A stretch of DNA of 64,000 nucleotides, from the NCBI RefSeq assembly GCF_009914755.1, contig NC_060929.1, one strand, 5' to 3'. The stretch comes from the human T2T-CHM13v2.0 reference genome, Homo sapiens. This document shows, piece after piece, positions 24,981-43,277 of the stretch. The notes beneath the pieces are model-generated. The model was not told the origin of the DNA. It was given only the letters and a program-made list of their open reading frames with translations, and did no database searches. Both the position numbers and the translations under genes were made by a program. Position 1 is the stretch's first letter; every line of letters starts with the position of its first letter.

Positions 24981-27497
24981 CCATTTATTTGTGTCATCTA
25001 TAATTTTTTCATCAATGTTTTAGTTTTCTTTATGTATATCTTTCACTTCCTTCGTTCAATTTACTCCTAAGTATATTTTTATGCTACTGTGAACAGAACA
25101 AATTTATATTCTTTTTCAGAAAGTTCACTGCTTGTGTAAAAAATGCTGTTGGATATTGCAGGCTGATTTTGCACCCTGAAACTTTATTGAATTCATTTAT
25201 CAGATCTAACTTCTTCTAGTGAATTCCTTAGGTTTTTCTACATATAAGGTCAGGTCATTGGGAAACAGACCATTTTACCTTTTCCTTTTTGATATGGACG
25301 TCTTTTATTTCTGACCAAAACTTCCAGCACTATATTGAATAGATCTGGTTAGAACAGGCATCCTCATTTTGTTCCTGATCACAGAGGAAAAACTTCCAAC
25401 TTTTCACAGTTGAGTATGTTACCTGTGGGCTTTTCAGATATGGCCTTTCATACCTAATTTATTGAGAGTTTTTATTATAAAAAGAATGTGGAAATTTGTC
25501 AAATTTGTTTTCTGCATCTATTGAGATGATCATATGGGTTTTATTCTTCAGTTGGTTAATATGGTGTATCATATTGTTTGATTTTTGTATGTGCAATCCA
25601 CTTTGCGTCCCATGGATAAATCCCACTTGATCATGATGAATGACTGTTTTCATGTGCTGTTGAATTCAGTTTGCTAGTGTTTTGTTAAGGATTATTGCAT
25701 GTATATTCATTAGGGATGTTGTCCTGTAATTTTCATTTATTGTGGTGTCCTTGTCTTCCTTTAGTATCATGTCATACTGGTTTTGTAAGAAAGTTTTTGA
25801 AATATTCCCTACACTTCGATTTTTTTTGGAAGCTTTTGAGACAAAATTAGTATTAGTTCTTTTTTTAATATTTGGTAGAATTCTACCATGAAGCTCTCTG
25901 GTTCTGGGCTTTCCTTTCATGGCAGAATTTTTATTACTGATTTCATTATCGTCATCTTTCTCTATTGACATGTTCAGATTTTGTATTTCTTCTTGATTCA
26001 GCCTTGGTCACTTGTTTGCTTCTGTAAGTTTTTCCATCCTTCCAGGTTTTCCAATTTGTTGGCATATATTGGTTCATAGTAACCTCTTATCATCCATTGT
26101 ATTTCTGTGGTATCTGTTATAATATCTCCTCTTTAGTTTCCAATTTTATTTATTTGAGTCCTCTTTTTTTTCTTAGTTTGTCTTACTAGAGGTTTGCCAA
26201 TTTTATTTATCTTTTGAAAGAATCAACTATTCATTGTATTAATCTTTTCTATCGTCTTACTGTTCTCTAATTCGATTATTTCTTCTGTGATCTTTATTAT
26301 TTCCTTCTTTCTACTAATTTTGTTTTTTATCCTTCTTTTTCTAGTTACTCAAAGTGTAACATTAAGTTGTTTTTTGAGGTTTTTCTTCCTTTTTGACGTA
26401 GGTATTTATTGCTATAAGCTTTCCTCTTAGCATGACACTTGCTGCATAAGTTTTGGATGTAGTGTTTCCATTTTCATTTATCTCAAGATACTTTTTAAGC
26501 TTTCTTCTTAATTTCTTTATTAGTTGGTTGTTCAGGAGCATGCTATGTAATTTTCGTGTATATGTGAATTTTCCAAAAATCTTCTGTTACTGATATTTAT
26601 TATTGTTCCATTGTGGTCAGGAGAGATACTTGATATGATTTCAATATTCTTAAACATTTTAAGACTTGTTTTATGGCCTAACACAGTCTATTCTGTAGAG
26701 TTACCTGTGTATGCTCCAGAAGCATGTGTACTTTGCCTCTGTTGGATGAAATGTTTTATATATATATGTCTGTTAGGTCCATTTGGTCTGAAGTGTTGTT
26801 CACATTCAAATCATCATTCTCCTATTGATTTTTTGTCTGAATGACCTGTCTATTGTTAAAAGTGAAGTATTATATTCCCTATGTTATTGTGTTACAATCT
26901 ATCTCTCCCTTAAGGTTTATTCATATTTGTATTATACATTTAAATATTCCACTGTTGGGTGCATACATATAAAATTGTGTTATTTTCCTGAAGAGTTGAT
27001 CTTTTCATCATAATAAAATGACCTTATTTGCCTCTCATTAAAGTTTTGACTTAAAGTCTATTTTGTTAGATAGAAGAGTAGCCAACCCTGTTTTCTTCTG
27101 GTTATCATTTGCCTGGAATATCTTTTTCCATCTGTTCACTCCCATTCTATGTGTGCCTTATGGCTAAGATGAGTCTCTTGTAAATGGCGTATTGTTTCGT
27201 CTTGATTTTGTTTTAAATTCATTAATCTACTCTGTCTTTTGATTGAATAATTGAATCCATTTATATTTAAAGTAAGCATTGACAAATAAGGACTTGCTAC
27301 TGGCATTTTGTTCATCTTTACTCACTGTTTTGCAGTTATCATATTCCTCTCTTTCAATCTTGCTGTCTTTTTTGGTGACTTGTGTTTTTCTAATGGTATA
27401 TTTTGATTCTTTCCCTTTCCCTTTATCTTTTGTGTATCTGCAACAGCTTTTATTTTGTGTGTGGTTACAATGAGGCTTACATAAAACATCTTGTAGT

Positions 27498-30129
<2,632 letters not shown>

Positions 30130-30301
30130 AACATCTTATAGTATTAATGTCCTAATATAAGCTTATAGTACCTTAACTTCAATCACATAAAAAAACTCTA
30201 CAATTCTACTTTTCATTCAACACATTTTATGCTATTGATGTCATACTTTACACCTATTTATATCATGTATGATTAACCAATTATTTATAGCTATAATTGT
30301 T

Positions 30302-30551
30302 ACTTTTTATTATTTTTATTGGTACATAATAGATGTGCATAATTTGAAAGTGCATGTGATAATTTGATATATTCATATAATCCAATCAGGGTATTTGGGA
30401 TATTCATAACCTTGAATATTTATATTTTCTTTTTGCTAAGAAAATCTGAATTGTTTTCTTCTAGCTATTTTGAAGTGTTCAACAGATTAATATTAACTAT
30501 TGCCACCTTACTGATTTATCAAACACTAGGTCTTATTTCTTCTATATAACT
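30302..30551 (-). mobile_element. Short L1MA 3'-end insertion
   Basis: L1MA 3' UTR motifs; TSD-like ctataattgtt (30291-30301) / ctatagttgtt (30552-30562). Confidence 0.7.
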
Positions 30552-31131
30552 CTATAGTTGTTTTTAATACACCTTTTTAAAACTCTTCTATTGAGTTAAC
30601 AGTGATTTATACTCTACTTTTAAAGTAGTAGAATATTCTGAATTTGACTACATAATTACCTCGATCAGTGAGTTTTACACTTCCAAATATTTTTATATTG
30701 TTACTTATCCATTTGTTTCAACTTTAAGAAATTCCTTTAGTATTTCTTGTAATGTTGGTCTCATAATGAATGCCTTTAGCTTTTGTTTGTCTTGTAACAT
30801 TTTCTTCTTTTCTTTATTGCTGATGGGCAGTTTTTCACCATATAGTATGCTTGATTTGGTGATTCCCTTTTTCTTTCAAACACTTTGAATATGCCATTCC
30901 ACTCCCTCCTATCTTCCAAGCATTTTGTTGAGAAGTCTACTGATAACCTTATGGTAGATACTTTATATGTAATGAGTTTCTTCTCTCTTGCCACTTTCTA
31001 GATTCTCTCTTTCCCTTTGGCTCTCAACAATTTGATTACATTGTGTCTCATAGTATTTTTTGAACTGATTTTGCTTGGCATCCTGTGAGGTTCCTGAATC
31101 TGTATATCCCTATGCCTCCCAAGATTTGGGA

Positions 31132-31253
31132 AGTTTGCTGAGGATAATGGCTTCCAGCAAACCACCATGGCACACATTTAACTATGTAACAAACCTGCAC
31201 AACCTGCACATGTATCCTGGAACTTAAAATAAAATTAAATAAATTTTTTTTTA
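31132..31253 (+). mobile_element. Very short L1PA 3' end with 5' inversion (twin priming)
   Basis: Antisense agtttgctgaggataatggcttccagc joined to sense aaaccaccatggcacac...gaacttaaaataaaa; TSD aagatttggg at 31121-31130 and 31254-31263. Confidence 0.75.
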
Positions 31254-31261
31254 AAGATTTG

Positions 31262-31586
<325 letters not shown>

Positions 31587-31876
31587 TCACAAAGTATTTA
31601 TTTGAATAATATTTTTGACTTTTTGTCTCTTTCTTCTCTTTCTTCTCCTTCAGGTACTGCCATAATTGTATATTTAATGATGTCTGATGGATTCCTTGTG
31701 CTCTTTTACTCTTTTTTTTTTGTCCCTGTAATTTGCTAATTTCAAATGACCTGTCTTTGAGTTTACTGATTTTTCTTCTACATAATTGAGTCTGTTATTG
31801 GAAGTTTCTATTAAAATTTTTAGTTATGTCGTATTATTCAGCTCTAGGATTTCTTTTTTATTGCTTCTATTTCTTT

Positions 31877-32975
31877 TTTATTTCTTCTTTTTTTTTACTA
31901 TACTTTAAGTTCTGGGATACATGTGCAGAACGTGCAGGTTTGTTAGGTATACACGTGCCATGGTGGTTTGCTGCACCCATCATCCTGTCATCTACATTAG
32001 GTATTTCTCCTAATGCTATCCCTCTTCTAGCCTTCCACCCCCTGACAGGCCCCGGTGTGTGATATTCCCCTCCCTGTGTCCATGTGTTCTCATTGTTCAG
32101 CTCCCACTTATGAGTGAGAATATGTGGTGTTTGGTTTTCTGTTCCTGTGTTAGTTTGCTGAGAATGATGGTTTCCAGCTTCATCCATGTCCCTGCACAGG
32201 ACATGAACTCATCCTTTTTTATGGCTGCATAGTATTCAATGGTGTATATGTGCCACATTTTCTTTATCCAGTCTATCATTGATGGGAATTTGGGTTGGTT
32301 TCAAGTCTTTGCTTTTGTGAACAGTGTTGCAATAAATATATGTATGCATGTATCTTTATAGTAGAATAATTTATAATCCTTTGGGTATATATCCAGTAAT
32401 GGGATTGCTGCATCAAATGGTATTTCTAGTTCTAGATCCTTGAGGAATCGCCATGCTGTCTTCCACAATGGTTGAACTAATTTATACTCCCACCAACAGT
32501 GTAAAAGTGTTCCTATTTCTCCACATCCTCTCCAGCATCTGTTGTTTCCTGACATTTTAATGATTGCCATTCTAACTATTGTGAGATTGTATCTCATTCT
32601 GGTTTTGATTTGCATTTCTCTAATGATCAGTGATGATGAGATATTTTTCATGTTTTTTAGCCACATAAATGTCTTCTTTTGAGAAGTGTTTGTTCGTATC
32701 CTTTGCTTACTTTTTGATGTGGTTGTTTGTGGTTTTTTGTTTTGTTTTTGTAAATTTGTTTAAGTTCCTTGTAGATTCTGGATATTAACCCTTTGTCAGA
32801 AGAATAGATTGCAAAAATTTTCTCCCATTCTGTCAATTGCCTGTTCACTCTGATGATAGCTTCTTTTGCTGTGCAGAAGCTCTTTAGTTTAATTAGATCC
32901 AATTTGTCAATTTTTGGCTTTTGTTGCCATTTCTTTTTGGTGTTTTAGTCATGAAGTTTTTGCCCATGCCTATAT
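31877..32975 (-). mobile_element. L1PA 3' ~1.1 kb (ORF2 C-terminus, 3' UTR, poly-A)
   Basis: [20 protein letters not shown]...[27 protein letters not shown]; canonical L1PA 3' UTR and T-rich tail. Confidence 0.95.
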
Positions 32976-32984
32976 CATTTACTT

Positions 32985-33110
32985 CATTTCTGTCTTCCTC
33001 ACCATACTATACTTAAGAGAGACACAAAATCTGTCTCACTTATTATTACATCCCCAAGTATCTGGCATGGCACCTGGCACATAGCAGATGCTCAATAAGT
33101 AAATATCAAT
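32985..33110 (+). mobile_element. L2 3'-end fragment
   Basis: gcacctggcacatagcagatgctcaataagta. Confidence 0.65.
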
Positions 33111-33799
33111 TAATGGAATTAATTTTGCAAACTTTAGTAACTCATTCCACCTCTTTTTGAGTCACCAATAAGATGGGTTTAACTTTGCCACACCGGCCTA
33201 AAGACTGGAACTTCTGGGACCACCTCTTGAGTTCCTTCCCTGATCTAAGGCTTCTGCCCTTATTTATAGAGGTTTCACTAGAGCAGTAAGCTGAGTTACC
33301 TGAGATCTGTAAGCTGAATTTCCCACAGTGCTACTTCCATATCAGATGCCCCTTTTTTACCCTAGAGAAGGGAACTTGGTGAGTACAACTAGAAGCCAGA
33401 TCTAAAGAAGCCAGATCTAACCATTTTACATATTGACCTCTTTCAGTTATCCCAGTATCCCTGTGGGGCAGGCACTGATCTCATGTTTGGAAAATAAGAC
33501 AGAGAGGTTAACAAACTTAATACAAGTTTGTGTACTGAATAGGTGGCAGAGCAAGAATGAGAATCAGCTATTTTCATACTTTTTAATGCTGAGGCATAGC
33601 AGCCACCCAGATAATCCCTGCAGCTTCCCATGGCTCATAAGAGAAGGCACTCTCAGTGCATGGTAGGGGCAGTCAACTGGAGAGGCATGGTAGACTTGCA
33701 AAATTTTATTTAATGAGGGGTGGATAAGAGTGTCTAGAGTTAAATATGTCACTAAATTTCAGAGTTCTGCTAACTCCAGCACTTGCAAGTAAAGAGAAT

Positions 33800-34370
33800 A
33801 GACATCTGTGCTTCGCCTGCTCATCAAGCACTACTCACTCCTCTCTATGTCTGGGAATCCACTGCTTTCCCAGTCTCAGTTTTTGTGTCTCTGCTGTGGG
33901 TGTAAGCCAGTCAGAGCCATTCTAACACCATGATTGGCTCAGCGGTGGCACATGACCTTTTCTGAGCCAATGGCGTGCTGTGAGCCTCCAGATAGAAATA
34001 CTGGAGTGAAGACTCTCAAATTTTCTCCCTGGGTCTGCACCTAGAAGTGTGTGTCTCCAAATCGACAGAATCTGCTGAGATGGTTCAACTGTAAGAGGCG
34101 ATCCTAATTTGGAAAGAAGCCAACACTAAAACAAGAGTCTATGACCTAATGGTGCCTTGTGTCTGTATCTGGATATACCTGACTTGCGGATGCTAAGCAA
34201 GACAGTACATTATCTTCCTTCCTTCCCCTTTCCTTTACCCTTTTTCTTTCTCCCTCCCTCTTCCTCCTACTTCTTATTCCTCTTTCTCAACTGCTCCCTT
34301 CTCTCTTTCTTTCTTAAGCCAGTATTGCTTAGGTTTTCTGTTATTTGAGTTCCAAAGAATCCTATCAGAT
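33800..34370 (+). mobile_element. MLT1-type MaLR LTR (old)
   Basis: tgattggctcagcggtggcacatgacc...gccaatg; 3' end cttaagccagtattgcttaggttttctgttatttg...aaagaatccta. Confidence 0.6.
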
Positions 34371-34974
34371 ATAATTCATCTTATTTAAAGATCTCAACAA
34401 CTATATAAGACAGTATACACAGGGCAGGACAGAAATTGGAGGCATTAAATTTATAATAAAAATTTACAAACTTAAATTTTCTTATAACCAGGAAAATCTA
34501 TTACAACAATATCATCTTCAGTAGGCAGAACAGTGTTGTGTTTCAATATTTTAGGCTGGGACCTAAAGAACCTGGCTGCTGCTCCATTTTAGTGGCTGAC
34601 TTCTAAACTGGCTTCATTTCCCTTTCTTTCCCTTGTCTTGTTTATTGTTCTTTTCACTTCAAAAGGTGTGAGCTGTGTTGAGAGTAAAATTATAAGGTCA
34701 AGAGCAAAGGTACAGGAGATTGACAAGGCCTTTTACAAAATGTGTTTTAAAGGGTAAAAGTGGAAAGCCTGTTTACCTGCAGGCAAAACTACCCAAAGTT
34801 TATTGAATTTTAATCTCTTCTACTGTTTATATAAAAGAAAAAATGACTTTACAAATCTGGATTTCAAATTCAATAGCAATTATCATTCCTTTTTCCCCTT
34901 TGAAATATCTGTTTTCATAAGGTATTTTTAATTTTTTTTTTTGGAGGTCTACTACACCATGGCAGAAGAGCAGC

Positions 34975-35130
34975 AGAACAGGATAGATTCCCATTTGACA
35001 GAGCAGGAAACTGAAGCTCAGAAAAATGAACTGAACTACTTAATATCTTATGACAAATAAGTCATAGAACAGTGTAAGAATTCTGGGTTGTTGATATTTA
35101 TCTTAATGCAATAATATTCCATGCTGCCTT
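34975..35130 (-). mobile_element. MIR fragment
   Basis: cccatttgacagagcaggaaactgaagctcagaaaaatgaac core. Confidence 0.65.
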
Positions 35131-35201
35131 CAGCCTGTCTTAAAATCAATCAGGGAAGCCTGACTCAGGTAGTGGTGGTTTGGTAAGTGATAAGTCTATT
35201 T

Positions 35202-35385
35202 CAGTGGTTCCCAAACTTGAATGCATATCAGAATACTGTGGAGGCCTTGTTAAAACAGGTCTGATCTCCACTCCCAGGATTCCTGAGTCAGTAAATCTGG
35301 AATGAATCTCAGTAATCTGCATTTCTAACAAGTTCCTAGGTGATGCTGGGATGCTGGCTTGGTGTCCACACTTGGAAAACTGCTA
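35202..35385. mobile_element. MER5A hAT (Charlie) MITE
   Basis: cagtggttcccaaacttgaatgcatatcagaat...aatctgcatttctaacaagttcctaggtgatgctg...cacacttggaaaactgct. Confidence 0.8.
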
Positions 35386-35517
35386 GTCTATTGGACAGAA
35401 TGACTTCAAATAAAGGAGTAGCAGAGGCCAGATAAGTAATACACAAGCTGGAGATTGACCACAGTCCACACCCCCCAAGCTGAAAAGCAGCTTTCATAGA
35501 CAGAGAACAACATATGC

Positions 35518-35592
35518 AGCTTCCATTTATTGAGTACTTACTGGAGGCAGGCATTGTATTAAAAGCTCTACACAACTATCCTATTTAATGTT
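35518..35592 (-). mobile_element. MIR 3' fragment abutting the ZNF retrocopy
   Basis: Minus strand attaaataggatagttgtgtagagcttttaatacaatgcctgcctccagtaagtactcaataaatggaagct. Confidence 0.7.
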
Positions 35593-37020
<1,428 letters not shown>

Positions 37021-40000
37021 CTTCTATTTCTTTATTAAACTTCTGATTGTGATCATGCATTGTTTTCCTAATTTCATTTAGTTATCTCTCTGCATTTTCT
37101 TGCATCTCTTTGAGTTTAAGATGATTATTTTCAATTCTTTTTCAGGCAATCTATATAACTCCATTTCCTTGAGGTCAGTTATTAAACCTTTATTAGTTTC
37201 CTTTGGTGGTGTCATGTTTGCCTTAATCTTTGTTATCATGTAGCCTTGCACAAATATCTGTGTATTTGAAGAAGCAAACTTCTCTTAGAGACCTATAGAC
37301 TAGTTTCAACAAGTTAAAGTACTTCCCTGTAAGGTCTCTAGACTGATGAAATTGACTCTGGGGTTGTAGTTGAATGGGGTTAAATCCAGGTATTGTGGCT
37401 GATGCTGGGTCTACAGTGGAGACCACAGTTGGTTGGCCTATTCCTAGGGGCCCTAGTGAGTGTGGGTCCTACCTTGTCACTGGGTGGGCTATACTGTCTT
37501 CAGGACCTTGGTCTTTGGGGCTTGCCCTAGGATGAGTGTCCTCTTCAGAGTTCAGACATTAGGCCTGTTACCAGGTATGCCTATGGGTATATTGGCTTTT
37601 TATGAGTCTCTGGAAGGACATCCCTTGGGCAATTAGTTGAATTCCTGAGTTGTCTATACTACTCCAGTCCATGGCTGAGATGAGCTACAACTGAGACACA
37701 GGGTTGTTTCAGGTCCACAACTGACACAGATTTTTCAGGCCTGTCTTCGGGGGATAGGCATGTCTCCCAGTGGGTCCCTGGGTAGACAGGCCTGCTCTTA
37801 GACTGTAGTTGAGAGGGGATGCACGTAATTTATAGGGATGTTTCAATATCCACAGTGTTACTGAGGTCAGGGTGTCAGTCTGAAGGAGCACTAGTGAATT
37901 TGCTTTTTTCCAGGTCTGTAGAAGGCCAAACTAGTCTTAGTTCTCAGACAAGAGGGCCAGTGCCAAGATCCAGGGGTGCTTAATGAATCACTGAGGGACA
38001 GAGCTTGGCAAGGCTGCCACACTGACTCAGATAGGTTCATATCCTGACAGGATACTGGCTGGGTAGAACTGCTTCCAGACCACAGCTTTGGGGGGGCTGA
38101 AACCAAGCTTCAAAGATAAGTCAGAATCTGCCACGGGACTCATGTTGGCAAGCTAACTCAGTGGCAACTGCCAACGAGACACCCAGCAGTTCCCTGTATG
38201 AGCAGAATTGCTTCAACATCACAGAGAGGCTGGAGCTGACAAGGCCTTTTCCAAAACTTCTGTTTTGAATATTGTCCTGATCTGTCTCCCAGGAGTTCTC
38301 TGTGCACACAAGGTAGCTCTGGAGTTGCAGCAAAGAGATGCTGGAGCTGAGACAGGTCTCCTTTAGGGTGTGCTGTGGGATGAAGGTTACCGAGCCTGTC
38401 CAGTTGACATAGATAGCCATGTCTCCCAGAAGTTCCCTGTGCTTTTGTGATAGCTCTCTGACTAGCAAGAGGGCTCTGGAGCTGAGACTAGGCCCCTTCA
38501 GGATCTGCTGTGGGACAGAGGCTGGCAAGCCTGTCCCAGTTGCACAGATGGGTCCTTATACAAGCAATACTAAGCTGAGACTGCTGCAGAGTGGGGCTAG
38601 AGCCTAGTTACAAAAATAATTTTCAAGTCAACTGCCAAGACCAATATTGATGAACCCATGAGCCTTTCTGCCGAGGAACTATTGTGACTCCTTTTGGACT
38701 CCTTGGTAACATTTGGTAGCAGGCTCAAGGCCAAACTAGATTCTAGCCAAGCCCTTCAGGAAATGGGGGTGTTTCCAGGTTTGAATCCAGAAACACAGTT
38801 AATGTATCTATCACCTGGGTGTGGGTCCTCACTCTCAAAATGACCCCCCTAGGTCTTGGACTCCATGAGAGTTTCACAACCTGCAGCCTAAATACTAAAG
38901 CTTCTACAAAGAGACTTTGGTCTGTGGAAGAATGCAGAATTCTTGTTGTTGTGCAGTAATATAAGCAGCTGATCTCCTGTTCTGCCACCTTGCTAACATC
39001 ATTTTAACAATGCCTTTAAAAAAAAAAGACAAAAGCCATATAATTCTAGCCCCACAGCATTTGCTACTTTAATCAGATATTTTGAATAAAACTAATTAAA
39101 TATTTGCCAGAAAGTTTGCTTCATATGGATTGAATGCACATAAGGAAATGTTTAAAACAATTGTTTTAAGGATATTTAGACAATTAATGCATCTATTTGA
39201 CAGACCTGGAGCAGTTAGTGTGTGCTGCTAAGGTTTCTACCTCTAGATGCAAGAAAGGGTACCCTTGTGCTTTCTGTTTGTCTAGTTGTGGCAAGATTGA
39301 ATAGAAGAATACAGGGAATAAATATGGAAGGAGAATTTCTGCAACTCAGGAATAACCTTGTAAACAATGAAGAGCCTGTTTTACTCCAAAGAATAACCTA
39401 AAATTTGAGTTTATGTGAGAAGTGTAGGAAAATGTCCCCTACCACCCACACCTGGTAGATTATAACAAAACTAATTAAAAGCAAGCCAGGGAAGGAAGGG
39501 AAAAAGGGAAGGAGGGAGGTATCAGGTGGGAGGGATGGAGGCAGAAAGGAAGAAAAGAAAAAGAAAGAGACTTCCAGTTTTAAGATATTACATTAGAGAT
39601 AATATGTCAATTATGGTATTATCAGGCCATATACGATAGACAAAAATTGACCTAACATCAATATTTCTCCAATTTTAAATAATTTAAAAACTAGGACTCA
39701 TGCATATGCCATGAGTCTCAAGCTTAGTGTTTGCTTTGAGAAAGCATTCAATAAATCATTTTCCTGTACCAAAATCTCCCTTTATCCATCCATCATGTTA
39801 ATCCATTTTGAGGGATTTTTTTTTTTTTTTTTGACAGTACAGATCTTAGTCATCTTTAAAGAAGAACACATCCATCGCCTTATCTTTGTTGCTCACAGAC
39901 TACCTCTTGAACTCCTGTCCTACTCACTGGATGTATTAAAATGTTAATGTATATTCTCCACTACTATTTTATTATCACTTTATCTGTGATTATTTGTGAT

Positions 40001-40489
40001 AATCTCATCTTATTAAAAATGTTGGGTAGCATGATAGGAATCTTGGAATTTTTTTTCCCAAGCATACCATTTCTAACTACTTCAAAGGAGATACTTCAGG
40101 GCTAGTGTTCAATGAGATGCTTTTACTAGCCAATTCAAATCCATCTTAAAATACATGTTTTCTATGAAAACTTCACAAACTAGTTTTAATAAACTTACAT
40201 AAGCCTGTTATTCAAAATCATTCATATTTTTATTAAGTTGATGGAATATCAGTTCTAGTTTATTAACATGCTCTCTGAGATCAACTAGTTTCACTCACCT
40301 AGGTATTATAATTTATTTTTTTACTACTTCACTAAATTTACTAAACCTTATAAAATGCTCTGAGCTTCTTAAAGAAGCCTTAACTACAAATTATGTAGCT
40401 AAAACCCAGCAAATTATATTACATTTGAAAGACAATTTTAGCTTTACATTAATCAAATATGCTTTATAAAGATTTTTTTTTTAAAAAAC

Positions 40490-41250
40490 AGCATTATAGA
40501 AAAGAGGAAATCAAAATCTCTCAAACACATGTGAAAAATATTCTACTCATTTAGGAATCCAAGAAATGCAAATTAAAACTCAATTAGATTTCATTTAAAA
40601 ACTACCAGATTAACATTTAAACAAATCAGAAAATGCCAATTGTAGGTGAAAATGTAGATAAAATATGTACAAACTAGTACATTTGAGGACATTAGGTAGA
40701 ACATTTTATTTGTATTCTGTAATGTATCAATTCAATTTTATGTATATGTAATCCAGAATAGTATTTGCTCATGTGTAACAGAAGACATGTACAAAAGTAT
40801 TCTTAGCAGTTTTTTTTTTTTTCGAATTAATCTACCTGGTTATGTTCACCAAGCTTAGGATGAGTAAATTTCATTATAGTCAAGCAACATAAAAACGTAG
40901 ATTATAAAAACAAATAGTGGTATTCAACAATATGAAATTACCTTACAATGTATAGCACAAGAAGCAAGGTACATAATTATGCATGGTATGGGTTAAAACC
41001 AAGCAAACCAAAGCAGTGTTTTGAAATGGTGAATGCATATTAAAATAAAAAATATAAGATAAATATTATCACAGAGATGACAGTGATTATTTCTGCAGAA
41101 AGTAATATTTGGGAGAGGGACACACAGAAGATTCAAGGGCACTAGAAATGTTCTCCTTTTTAACAAGGTGATAGTTACATGGATTTTTATCAATACTTAA
41201 CTAAGCTACACATATATTTTATTTATTCTTGTGTGCATATAATACTTCTC
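40490..41250 (+). mobile_element. Old L1 (L1ME-like) 3' fragment
   Basis: aagaaatgcaaattaaaac; agacatgtacaaaagtattcttagcag; L1ME-like 3' UTR. Confidence 0.6.
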
Positions 41251-43277
41251 AGAATAGTAAAAATCAATCTAACTCTCATTTTACATAACACAATATAGAA
41301 CAAAAAAGGGGAGATTGGAATGAAATCAAAACAAAATTAAGAATATAGAGAAAAAAATGGTTGCTTTTTTCTCAAGATCTCAGTAAAACATCTATTAGCT
41401 AAATATTGCTTGGCTTAGTTCAAATTTATAAAAGGCTTAAGAAATGAGATTGACTTCTGTAATAAAGAGACAAGGTACCTGAATAGCCACAGCACAGACA
41501 ATTTAATTGGGTTTCATTAAGATTTTGATTATATTGGCATATATAGTTATATAATGTGGCATATGATACTCAGACTATCAGGCTAGTAAATGACTTCAGT
41601 ATTGACTGTGGCTTTTGGAAATTAGGTGATTAGTGATTTAAAAGAAAATGGAAATAGAGTAACAGAAAATGGAAAAGAAGTAAAGGAGCACTTGGAAAAT
41701 TTCTGTGCAGTCATTGTAAGATATTAATCTTTGCCAATTTTTTTCTATGACTTTATGTTCTAATTCTTTTAAATGAGTTTAGACATTGCATAGGTGTTCA
41801 GATACTCTTTTTTATACTATCCATAAAAGACTTTAAAAAATATTATTATTCCTGGAGCCCAAATTACTGGTAATCTTTTCTGTGCGTTTTATAGGTGTTG
41901 CTCCATAGATAATCAGTGCCTACCAACCAAAGGCTTCCCTAGAAATCCATGAATGATTCATTCATGAATGAAGAAACAATTTATCTTTAAAATACTGTAA
42001 ATAAGATTCAAAGTGGCATTTAAGTCAATTTGTCTTTTATACTTGTTATAAGCCACTGCAATTTGTAAATTTCCTGTGGAATAACTATATCTAAAGGAAG
42101 AAGTCATTATACTTTAAACCTTTTGCAAAGCATCAATTGAGAAAAAGTGTGTTCTTTATGTAGCACATGTAATCCATATCCTACATACACTTAGAGCAAA
42201 TAATACATGTTAGTATACATGAGCTGTGGTAATTTTTTTTTCTATAAGTTAAATTCATGCTAGCTATCTTAATCAAAAAAATGCACACACACACAGAAAG
42301 ATATTATTCAACTATACTGTGGAATGAATAATGCAAATAGTCTCATGTAAAAGACACTTATAAATGCCAAATAAAAGCATTATAAATATCCTCTGAATTG
42401 CCTGAATGAGCTCACAAGAGAGTAACAGAAATCTCCAGGGATCAAAAATGAAGAAGCTAAAAATTAAAATGGTTAGTTGAAAGTGAACTTGTGTCTAAAC
42501 TGGGAATTTGCACTAATCTATGTATTCTAGAATTTGGATCTTGATGATTGCATGGATATAGAAATTGAGGGCTTGGTGGGAGTGGGGCGTGAGGATTCCG
42601 TAAAAAAGTCAAAAAACAGAACTGAAACTCAGATGCCAGAATAATGCCAGAAGAGAGATATCATAAGCAAAAAAAGTTTGCCTATTGTGAGCTCTGGATG
42701 GAGAATATCTACCCATGCAATTACAACCAAAGATATGCTTTTTCATGAGTTTATTGTCTACATTTATACTTTGAAGATCCTTGGGATGTCAAGCAGGATC
42801 AAAGGCAACTTAGCAGTAAAATGATTGTACAAAATTCCTACATATAAAGCATATCAAATATTGATACACAGTATAAAATAAGTCCAGACAAAAGTAAATA
42901 TGCCACAACAAAGGAAAATGAGTAGCCTTAGACTCCCAGCATCTTTGGAAAATGGAATATTTGGATATAGAATATAAAATATATATCAAAAAAATTAGTG
43001 GAATAAAGATAAAAATAAAAATGTAAAAAGGAAGAAAAGATAAGAAACAAGCCCCCCCAAAATAAATAGGCATATTATTTAAATTATCAAAAATAAGCTC
43101 TGGAAATTACAAACAGGATTATTCAAATCATACATGCAATGGATAGATTAAATAGCTTAGGTAGAGATAATGGAAACATTAGTAAGCTCAAACATGCATC
43201 AGGAGAGATTACCTAGATTGGCACAGATAGAAGAAATTTGAAAATTTTGAAAAAGTGAAATTAAAAGTCATAGAATA

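Noticed and set aside
31878-32990. Independent TSD for the L1PA (ttatttcttctttt versus tcatttacttcattt)
   Set aside because: Low-complexity match needing two mismatches and a gap, much weaker than the exact 13-bp pair at 31864/37021. It cannot be fully excluded and would not remove the outer TSD.
37700-38990. GC-richer region with several ORFs suggesting a gene or promoter
   Set aside because: Best explained as the 5' UTR region of the old minus-strand host L1; no CpG island and no recognisable peptides.
41957-41972. 16-bp palindrome ttcattcatgaatgaa
   Set aside because: Short (TGAA/TTCA)n-derived palindrome with no supporting context.
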